Source: Faecousia sp.
GTDB lineage: Bacteria; Bacillota; Clostridia; Oscillospirales; Oscillospiraceae
Assembly (NCBI GenBank): GCA_045531675.1
Contig: JAZSEN010000057.1
Span: forward strand, 10,143-74,142
Reading direction: 5' to 3'
Length of the DNA: 64,000 bases
Below, piece by piece: positions 14,978-25,572 of the stretch. Position 1 is the stretch's first letter, and each line of letters starts with the position of its first letter. The translations under genes and the position numbers were made by a program. The notes beneath the pieces are model-generated. The model was not told the origin of the DNA. It worked only from the letters and a program-made list of their open reading frames with translations, and made no database searches.

Positions 14978-15481
14978 TCAGGTGTTGCTCTCGGTGTCTT
15001 CCAAATCGCGCTTAATCTGGGCAGCAGCCAGCTGGTTGAATCTAGCGCGTGTTTCCTGAACCTCACTCAGGGACTGGGCAATGGCCTCTTCCGTACGGCG
15101 CAGGGCATCGTCCATGTACTCATTGCTGACTTTACGCAGTCCGGCAATTTGCTGCTTGGTCTGAGCGATATGCTCCATAGCGCGACGCTTCGCTTCTTCG
15201 TAGATAGGCTCTTTGGATACCATCATTTCCGCTTCCGCATTGGCTTTTCTGATGATTTCTTCAGCCTCAGCGCGAGCCTGACTAATCAAGTCATTGCGGG
15301 TTTCGACGATGGTACGGGACTGCTTCAACTCAGCAGGCAGCTGAGCGATGATTTCGTCCAGCATGTCCAGAACCTTATCCCGCTCCAGAATGCACTTGTC
15401 AGCAGCCAGGGGTACAGCTCTTGCATCCTGCACCATGTCATACAGAGCGGTGATAATATCTTCAATATGTTTCTCGTTCAT
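14978..15481 (-). CDS. Conserved coiled-coil protein (ATP synthase subunit B-like) downstream of coaD
   Basis: DARAVPL...LPAELKQS coiled coil; typical rsmD-coaD neighbour. Confidence 0.75.
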   Translation of the reverse strand: MNEKHIEDIITALYDMVQDARAVPLAADKCILERDKVLDMLDEIIAQLPAELKQSRTIVETRNDLISQARAEAEEIIRKANAEAEMMVSKEPIYEEAKRRAMEHIAQTKQQIAGLRKVSNEYMDDALRRTEEAIAQSLSEVQETRARFNQLAAAQIKRDLEDTESNT

Positions 15482-15485
15482 AGGG

Positions 15486-15980
15486 TTATCCTCCTTGACG
15501 TTGTTTATTTATTCTGTTCTGAAAATCCGGAATAATTTGCTCCGGAAGGAAATCAGAAAGGTCAACATTGTATTGTCCAAGTTCCTTAACTGTACTGGAG
15601 CTGAGATAAGTATATTGATGCTCCGCAGTCAGGAACATAGTATCCAAATCCGGATTGATTTTACGGTTAATCAGCGCCATCTGGAATTCGTACTCAAAGT
15701 CCGAACCGGCACGCAGGCCCTTAACAATGACACAGCTTCCCTTCTTGCGGGCATAATCCGCAAGTAATTCGTCGGAGCCGTCTACTTCCACATTGGGCAG
15801 GTCTGCTGTCACACGGCGAATCAAATCTACCCGTTCTTCCAAGGAGAACATGGTTTTCTTTGCGCCGTTGACCATGACACAAACAATCAGACGGTCAAAG
15901 ATATTGGCTGCACGCCGGATAATGTTCAGATGACCGCTGGTGACCGGATCAAAGCTACCGGGGTAAATGGCGATTTTCAT
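15486..15980 (-). CDS. coaD: Pantetheine-phosphate adenylyltransferase
   Basis: YPGSFDPVTSGH, KGLR..DFEYE, LSSSTVKE. Confidence 0.97.
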   Translation of the reverse strand: MKIAIYPGSFDPVTSGHLNIIRRAANIFDRLIVCVMVNGAKKTMFSLEERVDLIRRVTADLPNVEVDGSDELLADYARKKGSCVIVKGLRAGSDFEYEFQMALINRKINPDLDTMFLTAEHQYTYLSSSTVKELGQYNVDLSDFLPEQIIPDFQNRINKQRQGG

Positions 15981-16528
15981 TGGTCACAATCCTTTCGGTA
16001 AAGCGTCAGCAAGGTTTTGCCGTATTTGTAGTCTTTTGAGCGGGAATACCCCTCAAAAGACCATGGCAACTCCTTCCCTAACGGGCGCTCTGCAACTATT
16101 ATACCACCATCTCGCAAAATGTCAATTTCCGTTATCATTTTTAATGAATTTTCTAGAAAAACTTCAGCATATGGTGGATCCAGGAAAATGATATCGAACT
16201 TCTCCTGGCATGACTTAAGATAAGTCAAATAATCTCCACGCACCACGCTACCCTCTTGAGACATTTTGGTACGGCGAAGATTCTCTTTAATCAGAGCGCA
16301 GGCATCATCCCGTTCATCCACAAATACCGCAGACAATGCACCGCGACTCAATGCTTCAATGCCCAGCTGACCGGTACCGCCGAACAAATCCAGCACTCTG
16401 GCACCTGGAATATCAAAATTGATGATGCTGAACAGCGCTTCCTTGACACGGTCCGCAGTGGGTCTTGTTTGCAGGCCATCCGGCGTTTTCAAGGTCACAC
16501 CTCTGGCTTTTCCGGTAATTACACGCAT
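15977..16528 (-). CDS. rsmD: 16S rRNA m2G966 methyltransferase
   Basis: MRVITG..RPTADRVKEALF, EALSRGA, DPPY. Confidence 0.95.
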   Translation of the reverse strand: MRVITGKARGVTLKTPDGLQTRPTADRVKEALFSIINFDIPGARVLDLFGGTGQLGIEALSRGALSAVFVDERDDACALIKENLRRTKMSQEGSVVRGDYLTYLKSCQEKFDIIFLDPPYAEVFLENSLKMITEIDILRDGGIIVAERPLGKELPWSFEGYSRSKDYKYGKTLLTLYRKDCDQ

Positions 16529-16530
16529 AG

Positions 16531-18348
16531 TTAATCCTCTTTCCGGTGGAAATGTTGGTAAACTGCCATAGCGGCATCTTTGGGCAGGATTCGCTCCAGT
16601 TCAGCCAGAGAAGCCTGACCGATGGCGGTAAGGGATTTGAAGGTTTTCAGTAACTCCTGTTTTCGTTTCGGACCGATTCCGTCAATTCCGTCCAGCTCCG
16701 AGTAGCGCAGTCGCTTGCTGCGAAGCTGCCGGTGATAAGTGATAGCAAAACGGTGGGTCTCCTCCTGAATGTTTCCAATCAGCGAGAAGATTGCCTGCTG
16801 ATTGTCTATTCGGATTTCCCTGCCTTCCGGCGTTACCAGAGCCCGTGTACGATGACGGTCATCCTTGACCATACCGAATACTGGCATAGTCAATCCAAGC
16901 GCTCTCAGCGCATCTACAGCGGTTTTGGCGTGGGTAATGCCGCCGTCTATCAGTAAAAGGTCGGGTGGAGTCTCAAACCCCTTGTCCCCTGCCTGAAAAT
17001 GGACGAACCGACGGGTGACCACCTGCCGCATAGCACCATAGTCGTCCTGTTCCACCATGTTTTCCAGTTTGAACCGCTTGTAATCACTTTTATGTGGTTT
17101 TCCATCCTGAAAAACCACCATACTGGCAACAATATCCGTTCCGGAAATGTTGGAAATATCAAAGGATTCGATTCGTTTTGGCGGATCCATGGTCAGCGTT
17201 TTTCCCAGCAGCATCAGGGTTCCGGAAATCTTCTCCTCCTTGGAGGTGACCCGTTGCGCCTCCTCAAAGGCATTCTTCACAGCCAGCTCCACCAGCCGGA
17301 CATTCTCACCGCGCTGCGGAACCTTCAGCTTTGTTTTCTTTTCAAATTGCTGCTCCAGCAATTGCGCAAACAGCTCACTATCCTCGATTTCAAAGGGTAA
17401 AAGAACAATTTTCGGTGCCGCTCCCCTGCATAAATAATATTGCTTTACCAGACTGGAAACTGCCGTTTCCCTGTCATCCGGAACAGGCATCACCTCGTAA
17501 TCCTTGTCCAACAGATTACCGCCGGAGAAATGAAGCACCGCAAAGCAAGCTTTGGCTTCCGTCTGGGCGTAACCAATTACATCCGTATCCGCAAAGGATC
17601 CGGCGGTGACCAGTTGTTTTTGCCCCAGGGTTTCCACAGCACTCAGCCGGTCACGCAAACTGGCGGCCAGTTCAAATTCCAGATTATCGGCAGCGGAAAC
17701 CATTTGCTGCCGCAGCTCCTCAGAAACAGATTTATAATTGCCGTTCAGCAGCTGTCGAGCCTGCTCAATTCTCTGGCGATATTGCGCATAGCCTCGATTG
17801 GGCTGGCACCAGCCCTCGCATTGACCCATGTGATAGTTCAGACAAGGACGATCCTTGCCGATGTCACGGGGAAACTGCCGATTGCAATTCGGCAGCTTCA
17901 AAGTCAGTCTCAATGCTTCCAATACTTTATTGGTGACACCGCGGCTGCCATAGGGACCGTAGTAGCCGGCACCGTCATTGGAAAGCTTGCTGACCATGGT
18001 GATTCGGGGATAAGCTTCCTTCATATTCAGCCGCAGATAAGGGTAACCCTTACCGTCTTTCAGCAGGATGTTGTATTTAGGCAAATACCGCTTTATCAGA
18101 GAACATTCCAGCACCAGTGCTTCAAATTCCGATGCCGCTACAATGACGTCAAAATGGTCAATTTTGCTGACCATGATGCGTGTTTTCGGCGTATGGGAAG
18201 CGGTGTCCTGAAAATACTGGCTCACACGGTTTTTTAATTTCTTAGCCTTGCCCACATAGATAACCTTATCAGTCTTATCCCGCATAATATACACACCGGG
18301 GGCATAGGGCAGGCTCAAGGCTTTATCCTTCAGTTCATCAAAGGTCAT
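16531..18348 (-). CDS. uvrC: Excinuclease ABC subunit C
   Basis: GIY-YIG PGVY..YVGKAK.LKNRV, ESFDIS, LIDGG, HhH GIGPK. Confidence 0.97.
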   Translation of the reverse strand: MTFDELKDKALSLPYAPGVYIMRDKTDKVIYVGKAKKLKNRVSQYFQDTASHTPKTRIMVSKIDHFDVIVAASEFEALVLECSLIKRYLPKYNILLKDGKGYPYLRLNMKEAYPRITMVSKLSNDGAGYYGPYGSRGVTNKVLEALRLTLKLPNCNRQFPRDIGKDRPCLNYHMGQCEGWCQPNRGYAQYRQRIEQARQLLNGNYKSVSEELRQQMVSAADNLEFELAASLRDRLSAVETLGQKQLVTAGSFADTDVIGYAQTEAKACFAVLHFSGGNLLDKDYEVMPVPDDRETAVSSLVKQYYLCRGAAPKIVLLPFEIEDSELFAQLLEQQFEKKTKLKVPQRGENVRLVELAVKNAFEEAQRVTSKEEKISGTLMLLGKTLTMDPPKRIESFDISNISGTDIVASMVVFQDGKPHKSDYKRFKLENMVEQDDYGAMRQVVTRRFVHFQAGDKGFETPPDLLLIDGGITHAKTAVDALRALGLTMPVFGMVKDDRHRTRALVTPEGREIRIDNQQAIFSLIGNIQEETHRFAITYHRQLRSKRLRYSELDGIDGIGPKRKQELLKTFKSLTAIGQASLAELERILPKDAAMAVYQHFHRKED

Positions 18349-18402
18349 AGACTCACCTAAAAATTACCGCCTCAATGCGAAGCACTGAGGCGGAATTGAA
18401 TC

Positions 18403-18663
18403 TTAGTAAACGTCGCGCTGCAGCAGGGCTTCCAGAGCATTTACAGCGGCTTCCGCATCGGGACCCATAGCAGACAGGGTCACGCAAGCGCCGGTGACAA
18501 TGCCCAGAGACATAATTCCCAGAAGGCTCTTGGCGTTCATTTTACGGTTGTCGGACTCAATCCAGACACTGGACTCAAATTCGTTGGCTTTCTGGACGAA
18601 ATATGTAGCCTGACGGTTGTGCAGGCCGGATTCGCAACGGACGGTAATCTCTTTACTAAACAT
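18403..18663 (-). CDS. ptsH: HPr family phosphocarrier
   Basis: GLHNRQA (His15), NAKSLLGIMSL (Ser46). Confidence 0.85.
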   Translation of the reverse strand: MFSKEITVRCESGLHNRQATYFVQKANEFESSVWIESDNRKMNAKSLLGIMSLGIVTGACVTLSAMGPDAEAAVNALEALLQRDVY

Positions 18664-18743
18664 ATCGTAACACTCCTTACGTTTACAGCATCATTCAGAC
18701 ACCTTAATATCATAAACAAAAAAGCGGAAAATGTCAACAAAAA

Positions 18744-21119
18744 TCATTTCAATTCCGCAATTGTTACTCCGTCCTCACCCTCGCCATACAAGCCAAGGCG
18801 GAAGGATTTGACGTATTTTGTTTTTTTCAGTGCCTGATGAACCGCTGTGCGGACCGCACCGGTGCCTTTACCGTGAATAATACGAACGCTGCGGAGATTG
18901 GAGCGCATGGCTTCATCCAGATACCGTTCCATAACACAGACCGCTTCAATGGTATCCATACCACGCAAATCCACTTCACTGGCCATGGCAGTCATCTTCA
19001 TTTCCCGTCCGGAATGGGCAGGACGTTTTTTCTCCACATAAGGATTCTCTTGCTCCAGAAGATAGATTTCATCCTTTTTCGCCGTCATTTTCAGAATACC
19101 CGCCTGAAGCTGATAGGTTCCATCCTTATTGATAGCAAGAACACTGGCTCTGGTGCCCAGCTTCAGCAGCTCCACCGTATCGCCCACCAGAATATCACGG
19201 GTAGGGGCAGGACGTTCCTTTTCCGGCTCCTGAGAACGTATCCGGCTTTGAGCCTCGTTCAGATTCCGCCGCAATTCTGCCTGTCGCTGATTGATATTAC
19301 TGGTATCAGCAGATTCAGAAAGCTGCTTTTTGATGGCTTTGATTTCTTCGGAGGCGGCATTCGCTTCCCGACGGGCATCCTCAATAATCTGCTGCGCCTC
19401 ACGACGTGCAGACTCCATTGCCTTTTCCTTTTCACGGCGAAGCTGAGTGTGATATTCCTCGTTCTGTTCTTTGATTTTACGGGTTTCCGCACGAAGTCGC
19501 TCCGCTTCCAATCGGGCAGATTCCATCTGCTGACGTTGCTGCTCCAGCTGTGAAAGCACATCCTCAAAATCCTTGTCGCTCTTGCCCACAAGGTCATTGG
19601 CTTCCTTCAGAATCTCCTCTGATAGTCCCAGCTTTCTGGAAATAGCAAAAGCGTTGGACTTACCGGGAATACCAATCAGCAGCTTATAGGTCGGGCGCAG
19701 AGTTTCCACATCAAACTCACAGGACGCGTTAATAACGCCTGCCGTACGCATAGCATAAAGCTTCAGTTCCGCATAATGGGTGGTGGCAATGACACGGCTG
19801 CCCATTTTACGGCAAAATTCGATGATTGCCATAGCAAGAGCCGCACCCTCCGCAGGATCTGTACCGGCACCCAGCTCATCGAACAGCACCAACGTCCGGT
19901 CATCACACTGCTCCACAACATCAACAATGGTACACATATGGCTGGAAAACGTGGACAGACTCTGGGCAATGGATTGCTCGTCACCAATGTCCGCCAGAAT
20001 GGCGTTAAAGGTGGAAAGCGTACTGCCATCCCCTGCCGGAATGTGCAGACCGCACTCCGCCATCAGGGTCAGCAGACCCACTGTTTTCAAGGTAACAGTC
20101 TTACCACCGGTGTTGGGACCGGTGATAATCATGGTGTCGAAATCCGTGCCAAGACGAACCGAAATGGGAACTACCTGCTTCTGGTCAATCAGAGGATGGC
20201 GTGCCTTGCGCAGATCCACTCTGCCCTGATTGTTCATCAGCGGCGCCCACGCGTTCATCCGATATCCCAGCTTTGCCTTGGCAAAAATCACATCCAGACG
20301 AACCAGCATATCGAAATTCAGCTCAATATCTCCACGGTGTGCGGCGGCTTCAGCCGACAGCTCTGCCAGAATTCGCTCGATTTCCTTCTTTTCCTTCAGT
20401 TCCAACTCACGCAGGGCGTTGTTGGCATTCACCGCAGAAATTGGCTCAATAAAATAGGTAGAGCCGGTGGCAGAAACGTCGTGAACCAAACCGGGAACAT
20501 CATTGCGACATTCCGATTTCACCGGCACAACATACCGTCCATCCCGTATGGTGATGATTGGCTCCCGAAGGAATTTACTGTAGGCCGGAGAGGAAATCAC
20601 TTTTTGCAGAGAATCCCGAATTTTGGCGGATTGTACCCGCATATGGCGGCGAATGTCCGCCAGAGCCGGACTTGCCGTATCCGCAATCTCCTCTTCGGAG
20701 AGAATGGCACCGAATATCCGGTCCTCAAGATACTTGTTGGGACTCAAAGCGTTGAACAGATTGGTTAACACCGTGGGCTTTTCGTCCTCGGAAATATAGC
20801 TTTTAATGGTACGGGCGCTGCGCAAGACACCACCGATGGACAGCAATTCCTTGGGTTGAAGCGCACCACCCCGATCTGCCCGCTCCAGAGAAGCGGAAAC
20901 ATCCTTTACATCAGAAAAACCGGGGTTGCCCTTTTTCGTGCAAAGCTCCGATGCGGCGGTAGTCTCATCCAGCAAAGCTTGAACGTCCTCCAAATCGCTG
21001 ACAGGACGCAGCCGTTTACACCGCTCTTTGCCTTCGCTGCTGCCGGCACAGTCCGCCAAAAGGCTGAGAACCTGATCCAGCTCCAGCTTATATAAAGATT
21101 TTTCGTATAAATCAGACAT
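18744..21119 (-). CDS. mutS2: Endonuclease MutS2
   Basis: TGPNTGGKT, STFSSHM, DELGAGTDP, C-terminal Smr IIHGKGTG. Confidence 0.96.
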   Translation of the reverse strand: MSDLYEKSLYKLELDQVLSLLADCAGSSEGKERCKRLRPVSDLEDVQALLDETTAASELCTKKGNPGFSDVKDVSASLERADRGGALQPKELLSIGGVLRSARTIKSYISEDEKPTVLTNLFNALSPNKYLEDRIFGAILSEEEIADTASPALADIRRHMRVQSAKIRDSLQKVISSPAYSKFLREPIITIRDGRYVVPVKSECRNDVPGLVHDVSATGSTYFIEPISAVNANNALRELELKEKKEIERILAELSAEAAAHRGDIELNFDMLVRLDVIFAKAKLGYRMNAWAPLMNNQGRVDLRKARHPLIDQKQVVPISVRLGTDFDTMIITGPNTGGKTVTLKTVGLLTLMAECGLHIPAGDGSTLSTFNAILADIGDEQSIAQSLSTFSSHMCTIVDVVEQCDDRTLVLFDELGAGTDPAEGAALAMAIIEFCRKMGSRVIATTHYAELKLYAMRTAGVINASCEFDVETLRPTYKLLIGIPGKSNAFAISRKLGLSEEILKEANDLVGKSDKDFEDVLSQLEQQRQQMESARLEAERLRAETRKIKEQNEEYHTQLRREKEKAMESARREAQQIIEDARREANAASEEIKAIKKQLSESADTSNINQRQAELRRNLNEAQSRIRSQEPEKERPAPTRDILVGDTVELLKLGTRASVLAINKDGTYQLQAGILKMTAKKDEIYLLEQENPYVEKKRPAHSGREMKMTAMASEVDLRGMDTIEAVCVMERYLDEAMRSNLRSVRIIHGKGTGAVRTAVHQALKKTKYVKSFRLGLYGEGEDGVTIAELK

Positions 21120-21127
21120 AGTAACTC

Positions 21128-21868
21128 CTAAATAAGTAAGGATTTATAAAAATCCAACGTAGAAAAGCCTCGCTCCAACTGGGTTGTCAGATAGGCTTCG
21201 GTCAAGCCGGACAGTCGCTCCAGATTCTCCTGACCAATGGAAAAGGAAAACAGCTTCTTCGGCGGACAGTAGGCGATAAAACGCATCGCATCCAAAACGC
21301 CACTATTGACAGGTATCCGGATTCCACCTTCGCGGCAGTCGCGGCACAGCAATGCACCACCGGTCAAATCAAACTGGACCGTATCCGGACTGCTGCAGAC
21401 ATGACACCCATTCAAATCCGGTGTATAACCGGCCAAACAGGCACATCGCAGTTCAAACACTGCCTTGATTTGCATTTCCGGCAACTCCAGTTTCGTCAAA
21501 GCAAACAGGCAGTTCAAAACCAGCGACAGCAGTTCCGAATCCGGACGATCCTCCTGCGCAACCACCTCAGCTACTTGTGCGAAATAAGTTCCCAGCGACA
21601 GCTTACACAAATCCCGACGCAGATGCTGAAACAATTCAACAGAGTGCGCCTCGTTGATGGTATACATTCCCCGATATTCAAACAAGGTAAACTCACCGTA
21701 AGCCAAGAGCTGGCAAGGGGCAATCAGGGGACTGTTTTTTCGTCGCAGTCCCCTTGCCTTGACCGTCATTTTGCCGTTGTCTTTTGTCAGCAGGGTCAGA
21801 AGTGCATCCCGGTCATTGTAGTCCGTGACCCGAAGCACCAGAGCCTGTGTTGTCAAGTACATGGACAT
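21128..21868 (-). CDS. recO: DNA repair protein RecO
   Basis: N-terminal OB fold (LLT..GK....ARG), CxxC..CxxC zinc motif; downstream of era. Confidence 0.93.
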   Translation of the reverse strand: MSMYLTTQALVLRVTDYNDRDALLTLLTKDNGKMTVKARGLRRKNSPLIAPCQLLAYGEFTLFEYRGMYTINEAHSVELFQHLRRDLCKLSLGTYFAQVAEVVAQEDRPDSELLSLVLNCLFALTKLELPEMQIKAVFELRCACLAGYTPDLNGCHVCSSPDTVQFDLTGGALLCRDCREGGIRIPVNSGVLDAMRFIAYCPPKKLFSFSIGQENLERLSGLTEAYLTTQLERGFSTLDFYKSLLI

Positions 21869-21959
21869 CCTCCGTCCTTTGTGCTTTGTACATCATATAG
21901 TATTCCGGCGCTCCGGTTTCCATAAACAGCTGCCAGTAGTCCTTCGCATCCATATCCAT
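21813..21959 (-). CDS. yqzL: YqzL-like small protein (48 aa); absent from the ORF track
   Basis: MDMDAKDYWQLFMETGAPEYYMMYK...; GGAGG RBS; between era and recO as in Bacillus. Confidence 0.7.
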   Translation of the reverse strand: MDMDAKDYWQLFMETGAPEYYMMYKAQRTEDVHVLDNTGSGASGHGLQ

Positions 21960-22007
21960 CCCTCCGGAGATAGGATTTACGAAAAACTCAGGTCCTAGCC
22001 ATGGAAA

Positions 22008-22895
22008 TCATTCTCTGTAACCGAAGTTACGGACAAGGAAATCGCTGTCGCGCCAGTTTTCCTTAACCTTGACCCAAGTAGTCAGATAGACCTTGGTGCC
22101 CATAAACTTCTCGCAATCCGTCCGTGCCATGGAGGAAATCTTCTTCAGCATAGCACCCTGCTTGCCGATGATGATACCTTTATGGCTGGATTTTTCGCAG
22201 AAGATGGTGGCATCCAAATCAATAATTCCATTGTCACGCTCGGAGAAGGTGGTGATTTCCACGGCAGTACCGTGAGGAATCTCCTTATCCAGACACCACA
22301 GCAACTTTTCGCGGATAATCTCCGCCATCACCTGACGTTCCGGCTGGTCTGTGGTGATATCCTCCGGGAACAGGAAAGGACCTTCCACCGCATACTTGCC
22401 GCATATATCCAGCAGCTGCCCCACACCATCGCCGGTTTTGGCAGAGATGGGAATGATAGCGTCAAAAGTGGCTGCCTGAGAATACAAAGCGATGACCTCC
22501 AGCAGCTTGTCCTTTTCAACGGTGTCAATTTTGTTAATAGCAAGAACAGCCGGACACTTGCTGCCCTTGATTTTCTCAATCAATCCCTCTTCCTGAGGAC
22601 CGATGGAGGCGATAGGCTCTACCACCAGAATGGTCAAATCCACATCAGCAATGGACTCCCGGGCTACATTGACCATGTAATCACCCAGCTTGGTGCGGGC
22701 GCGATGGTAGCCGGGGGTATCCACAAACACGAACTGGGTATCGTTTCGGGTCAGGATGCCGCAAATACGGTTGCGGGTGGTCTGGGGCTTATTGGAAACG
22801 ATGGCGATTTTTTCGCCAACCAGATAGTTGGTCAGGGTGGACTTGCCAACGTTGGGTCGTCCGGCAATGGTAATCATAGCGGTTTTTGTTTTCAT
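22008..22895 (-). CDS. era: GTPase Era
   Basis: GRPNVGKST, PQTTR, DTPG, NKID, KH domain. Confidence 0.97.
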   Translation of the reverse strand: MKTKTAMITIAGRPNVGKSTLTNYLVGEKIAIVSNKPQTTRNRICGILTRNDTQFVFVDTPGYHRARTKLGDYMVNVARESIADVDLTILVVEPIASIGPQEEGLIEKIKGSKCPAVLAINKIDTVEKDKLLEVIALYSQAATFDAIIPISAKTGDGVGQLLDICGKYAVEGPFLFPEDITTDQPERQVMAEIIREKLLWCLDKEIPHGTAVEITTFSERDNGIIDLDATIFCEKSSHKGIIIGKQGAMLKKISSMARTDCEKFMGTKVYLTTWVKVKENWRDSDFLVRNFGYRE

Positions 22896-22905
22896 GGTAA
22901 CTCCT

Positions 22906-23409
22906 TTATCTGCTCATACCGGCAATTCCGGCGGCGATGGCTTCTTCTCTTCTGCGCATTTGTGCTTTCTGGGGGCCTTCGTCCAGATGATCATAACCCA
23001 GTAAGTGAAGCATGGAGTGGATTGTCAGATACCCCACTTCCCGCTTCTCGCTGTGACCAAATTCCTGTGCCTGGGCTCTGGCGCGTTCCAAGGAGATGCA
23101 CATATCTCCCAGAGGGCACAAACCGGTCTCCGGATCTAAGTAAGGCTCCCAATCCGCAGGTGGAGAACCGGCAGTCAATTCAAACATGGGAAAGCTCAGC
23201 ACATCCGTAGGCTTATCTATGTTCCGGCTTGCCTTATTGATGGCGTGGATTCCCTGATCATCAGTGACCAGCACATTGATTTCGCAGGGTATATCAATTC
23301 CTTCAGACGCGAGAGTGGCATCGATGCACTTGCGAATGATAGTGCCAACGATTATTTTTTTAATTGCAGACCCTTGAAAGGTCAGATTTATCTTATTTTT
23401 CATATCCAT
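22906..23409 (-). CDS. ybeY: rRNA maturation endoribonuclease YbeY
   Basis: PTDVLSFP, HSMLHLLGYDH. Confidence 0.95.
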   Translation of the reverse strand: MDMKNKINLTFQGSAIKKIIVGTIIRKCIDATLASEGIDIPCEINVLVTDDQGIHAINKASRNIDKPTDVLSFPMFELTAGSPPADWEPYLDPETGLCPLGDMCISLERARAQAQEFGHSEKREVGYLTIHSMLHLLGYDHLDEGPQKAQMRRREEAIAAGIAGMSR

Positions 23410-24406
23410 TCTTCCTCTGATTGCGATTATAGGACTTGGGCGGTTCCGGCTTCTTCGCCGCCTTTTCGTAGGCGTTAATGATTTCCTGAACCAGCGCATG
23501 GCGCACCACATCTGCCGAGGTCAGTTGGCAGATGTCAATATCGTTGACGCCCTCAAGAACACGGATGGCATCCTTCAAGCCTGAGGTCTTATCATCCGGT
23601 AAATCAATCTGGGTCACGTCGCCGGTAATGACAATTTTCGAGCCAAAACCCAGACGGGTCAGGAACATTTTCATCTGCTCCTTGGTGGTATTCTGCGCTT
23701 CATCCAGAATAATGAAGCTGTCATCCAGCGTCCGGCCACGCATATAAGCAAGAGGCGCTACCTCAATGGAGCCACGCTCCTGATATTTCTGGAAGGTCTC
23801 CGCGCCAAGCATATCGTAGAGCGCATCATACAAAGGACGCAGGTATGGATCCACCTTATTCTGAAGATCTCCCGGTAGAAAGCCCAAACGTTCACCGGCT
23901 TCCACCGCCGGACGGGTCAGAATATTCCGGTTCACCGTCCGCTCCCGAAAGGCTGCAACCGCCGCTGCCACTGCCAGATAGGTCTTGCCGGTGCCGGCAG
24001 GTCCCACACCAATGGTTACAGTGTTTTTCTGAATCGCTTTCATGTAAGTCTGCTGACCTACAGTTTTCGCCTTGATGGGTTTGCCCTTGGCGGTAATGCA
24101 GACCACATCCTTTGCCATCTGGGCTACTTGATGGTCGTTGCCTTCTTTGACCAGCGTAATCAAATAGCGGACCCGCTGTTCATCGATGGTCTCGCCTTTG
24201 GCAGCCAGCGACATGAGGCCTTCCAAGGTACGCACCGCCTTATCCACCGCTTCCTCGTCGCCGCAGACTTTAATCTCGTTACCGCGGTTAACGATGGACA
24301 CAGACAGCGCATCCTCAATACGTTTAATATTTTCATCGAAGGAGCCAAAGACCGCAATCAGGTCCTCTACCCGCTCCGCGTTTACCATTCGTTCAATCAA
24401 TTTCAT
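23393..24406 (-). CDS. phoH: PhoH family protein
   Basis: GPAGTGKT, RPAVEAGERLGFLPG, AYMRGRT, DEAQN. Confidence 0.95.
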   Translation of the reverse strand: MKLIERMVNAERVEDLIAVFGSFDENIKRIEDALSVSIVNRGNEIKVCGDEEAVDKAVRTLEGLMSLAAKGETIDEQRVRYLITLVKEGNDHQVAQMAKDVVCITAKGKPIKAKTVGQQTYMKAIQKNTVTIGVGPAGTGKTYLAVAAAVAAFRERTVNRNILTRPAVEAGERLGFLPGDLQNKVDPYLRPLYDALYDMLGAETFQKYQERGSIEVAPLAYMRGRTLDDSFIILDEAQNTTKEQMKMFLTRLGFGSKIVITGDVTQIDLPDDKTSGLKDAIRVLEGVNDIDICQLTSADVVRHALVQEIINAYEKAAKKPEPPKSYNRNQRKNGYEK

Positions 24407-25571
24407 TTGTTCCTAAATCCTCCTCGGGTCTAACCCTGCCAATCATTTCATAGCAGGCGTAATTACCGATTTGATGATATACACCCTCCATGGGCGTGAT
24501 GATCTCGTATCTTGCGTCGATGCGACCGGCAATCATCCGGCTTTTCAAATAACCATCGGCACAGGCTGCCATCTGTTGGGAAACAACTGCTTCCTCCAAC
24601 GCAGACGGTTCTGTCCTATGCCATGTGTAGGTCTCCACCGCAATCACCACCGGAAGTGGAAATCCTCCCGGTAATGTCACATAATGATACGAATACATTT
24701 TATCACAACTGGTACCTGAAATTCCACTACCTTTGAAGAAATTTATGCGTTTTTTTCCGATAATCAGGCTGAATTTTTTCTCTTGACGGGTTTGACTCGT
24801 TCTTTGGTCGGTTTCAGAGGGGGTAAGAACCTCCAGAGAGCGACTGGTTTCAGCAAAAATCTCCCCTTGCGCATGGGTTCCACGAATGCAGATTCCCAAA
24901 TCCGTATAGCCGGAAATCAGCAATTGCCCCTTCGCAACCGACTGTCCTACCTTGCAGACCGGATTCCCCCGCAATACAGTCATCTCCCGTATGACGCCGT
25001 CCTGAGCGGCAATCAGACTGCTGATTCCTTTCTCTTCCGATTTCTCTTCCGGATGGGTTCTTTCCCGCACGCTGATGACGGCCCGACAGCCATAGGTATT
25101 CACCCCAACCCACTGCAATTGTGGCATCCGTCCCAGCAATTCATTTTTGACCATTTCGCTTCGAATGGAACTTCTGTCCGCGCCAATGCAGATACCACAA
25201 TGCTCCGCATTGGCAATAATTTCAGTCGGACTGACTGTGTTTGTTCCCTCAACCTCGATAATCAGCACTTTTGTTGGTAGATACATGGTTAGTAATATAA
25301 TTCCAAGAATCCCTAACACCAGTACCGGACGTTTAATAACCTGTCGCAGTATATGCACCAATCCCGCAACACGAAGGATTCTTACATCACAGCCGTCGAC
25401 TGCACAGATTTTTTTCAGAATTGGAAACTGATTTCGCTGGACTGTCAGTCGAATAGACAATCCATCCATTGCACCCACATCCTGTAATACCACTCCGGAA
25501 TTGGACAGCTTTCGCAGGATTCCAGCCAGATCCGCACTGATCAGTTCTATTTTAATCAGGTTAATTCCCAT
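24393..25571 (-). CDS. yqfD: Sporulation protein YqfD (SpoIV)
   Basis: IA..DGVI....V..G...V..GQLLISG motif; yqfC-yqfD-phoH synteny. Confidence 0.8.
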   Translation of the reverse strand: MGINLIKIELISADLAGILRKLSNSGVVLQDVGAMDGLSIRLTVQRNQFPILKKICAVDGCDVRILRVAGLVHILRQVIKRPVLVLGILGIILLTMYLPTKVLIIEVEGTNTVSPTEIIANAEHCGICIGADRSSIRSEMVKNELLGRMPQLQWVGVNTYGCRAVISVRERTHPEEKSEEKGISSLIAAQDGVIREMTVLRGNPVCKVGQSVAKGQLLISGYTDLGICIRGTHAQGEIFAETSRSLEVLTPSETDQRTSQTRQEKKFSLIIGKKRINFFKGSGISGTSCDKMYSYHYVTLPGGFPLPVVIAVETYTWHRTEPSALEEAVVSQQMAACADGYLKSRMIAGRIDARYEIITPMEGVYHQIGNYACYEMIGRVRPEEDLGTNEID

Positions 25572-25572
25572 C

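Noticed and set aside
13149-15059. 636-aa plus-strand ORF
   Set aside because: Antisense shadow of pgm caused by codon bias; the same applies to 32614-34158, 9822-10784 and 46941-47954.
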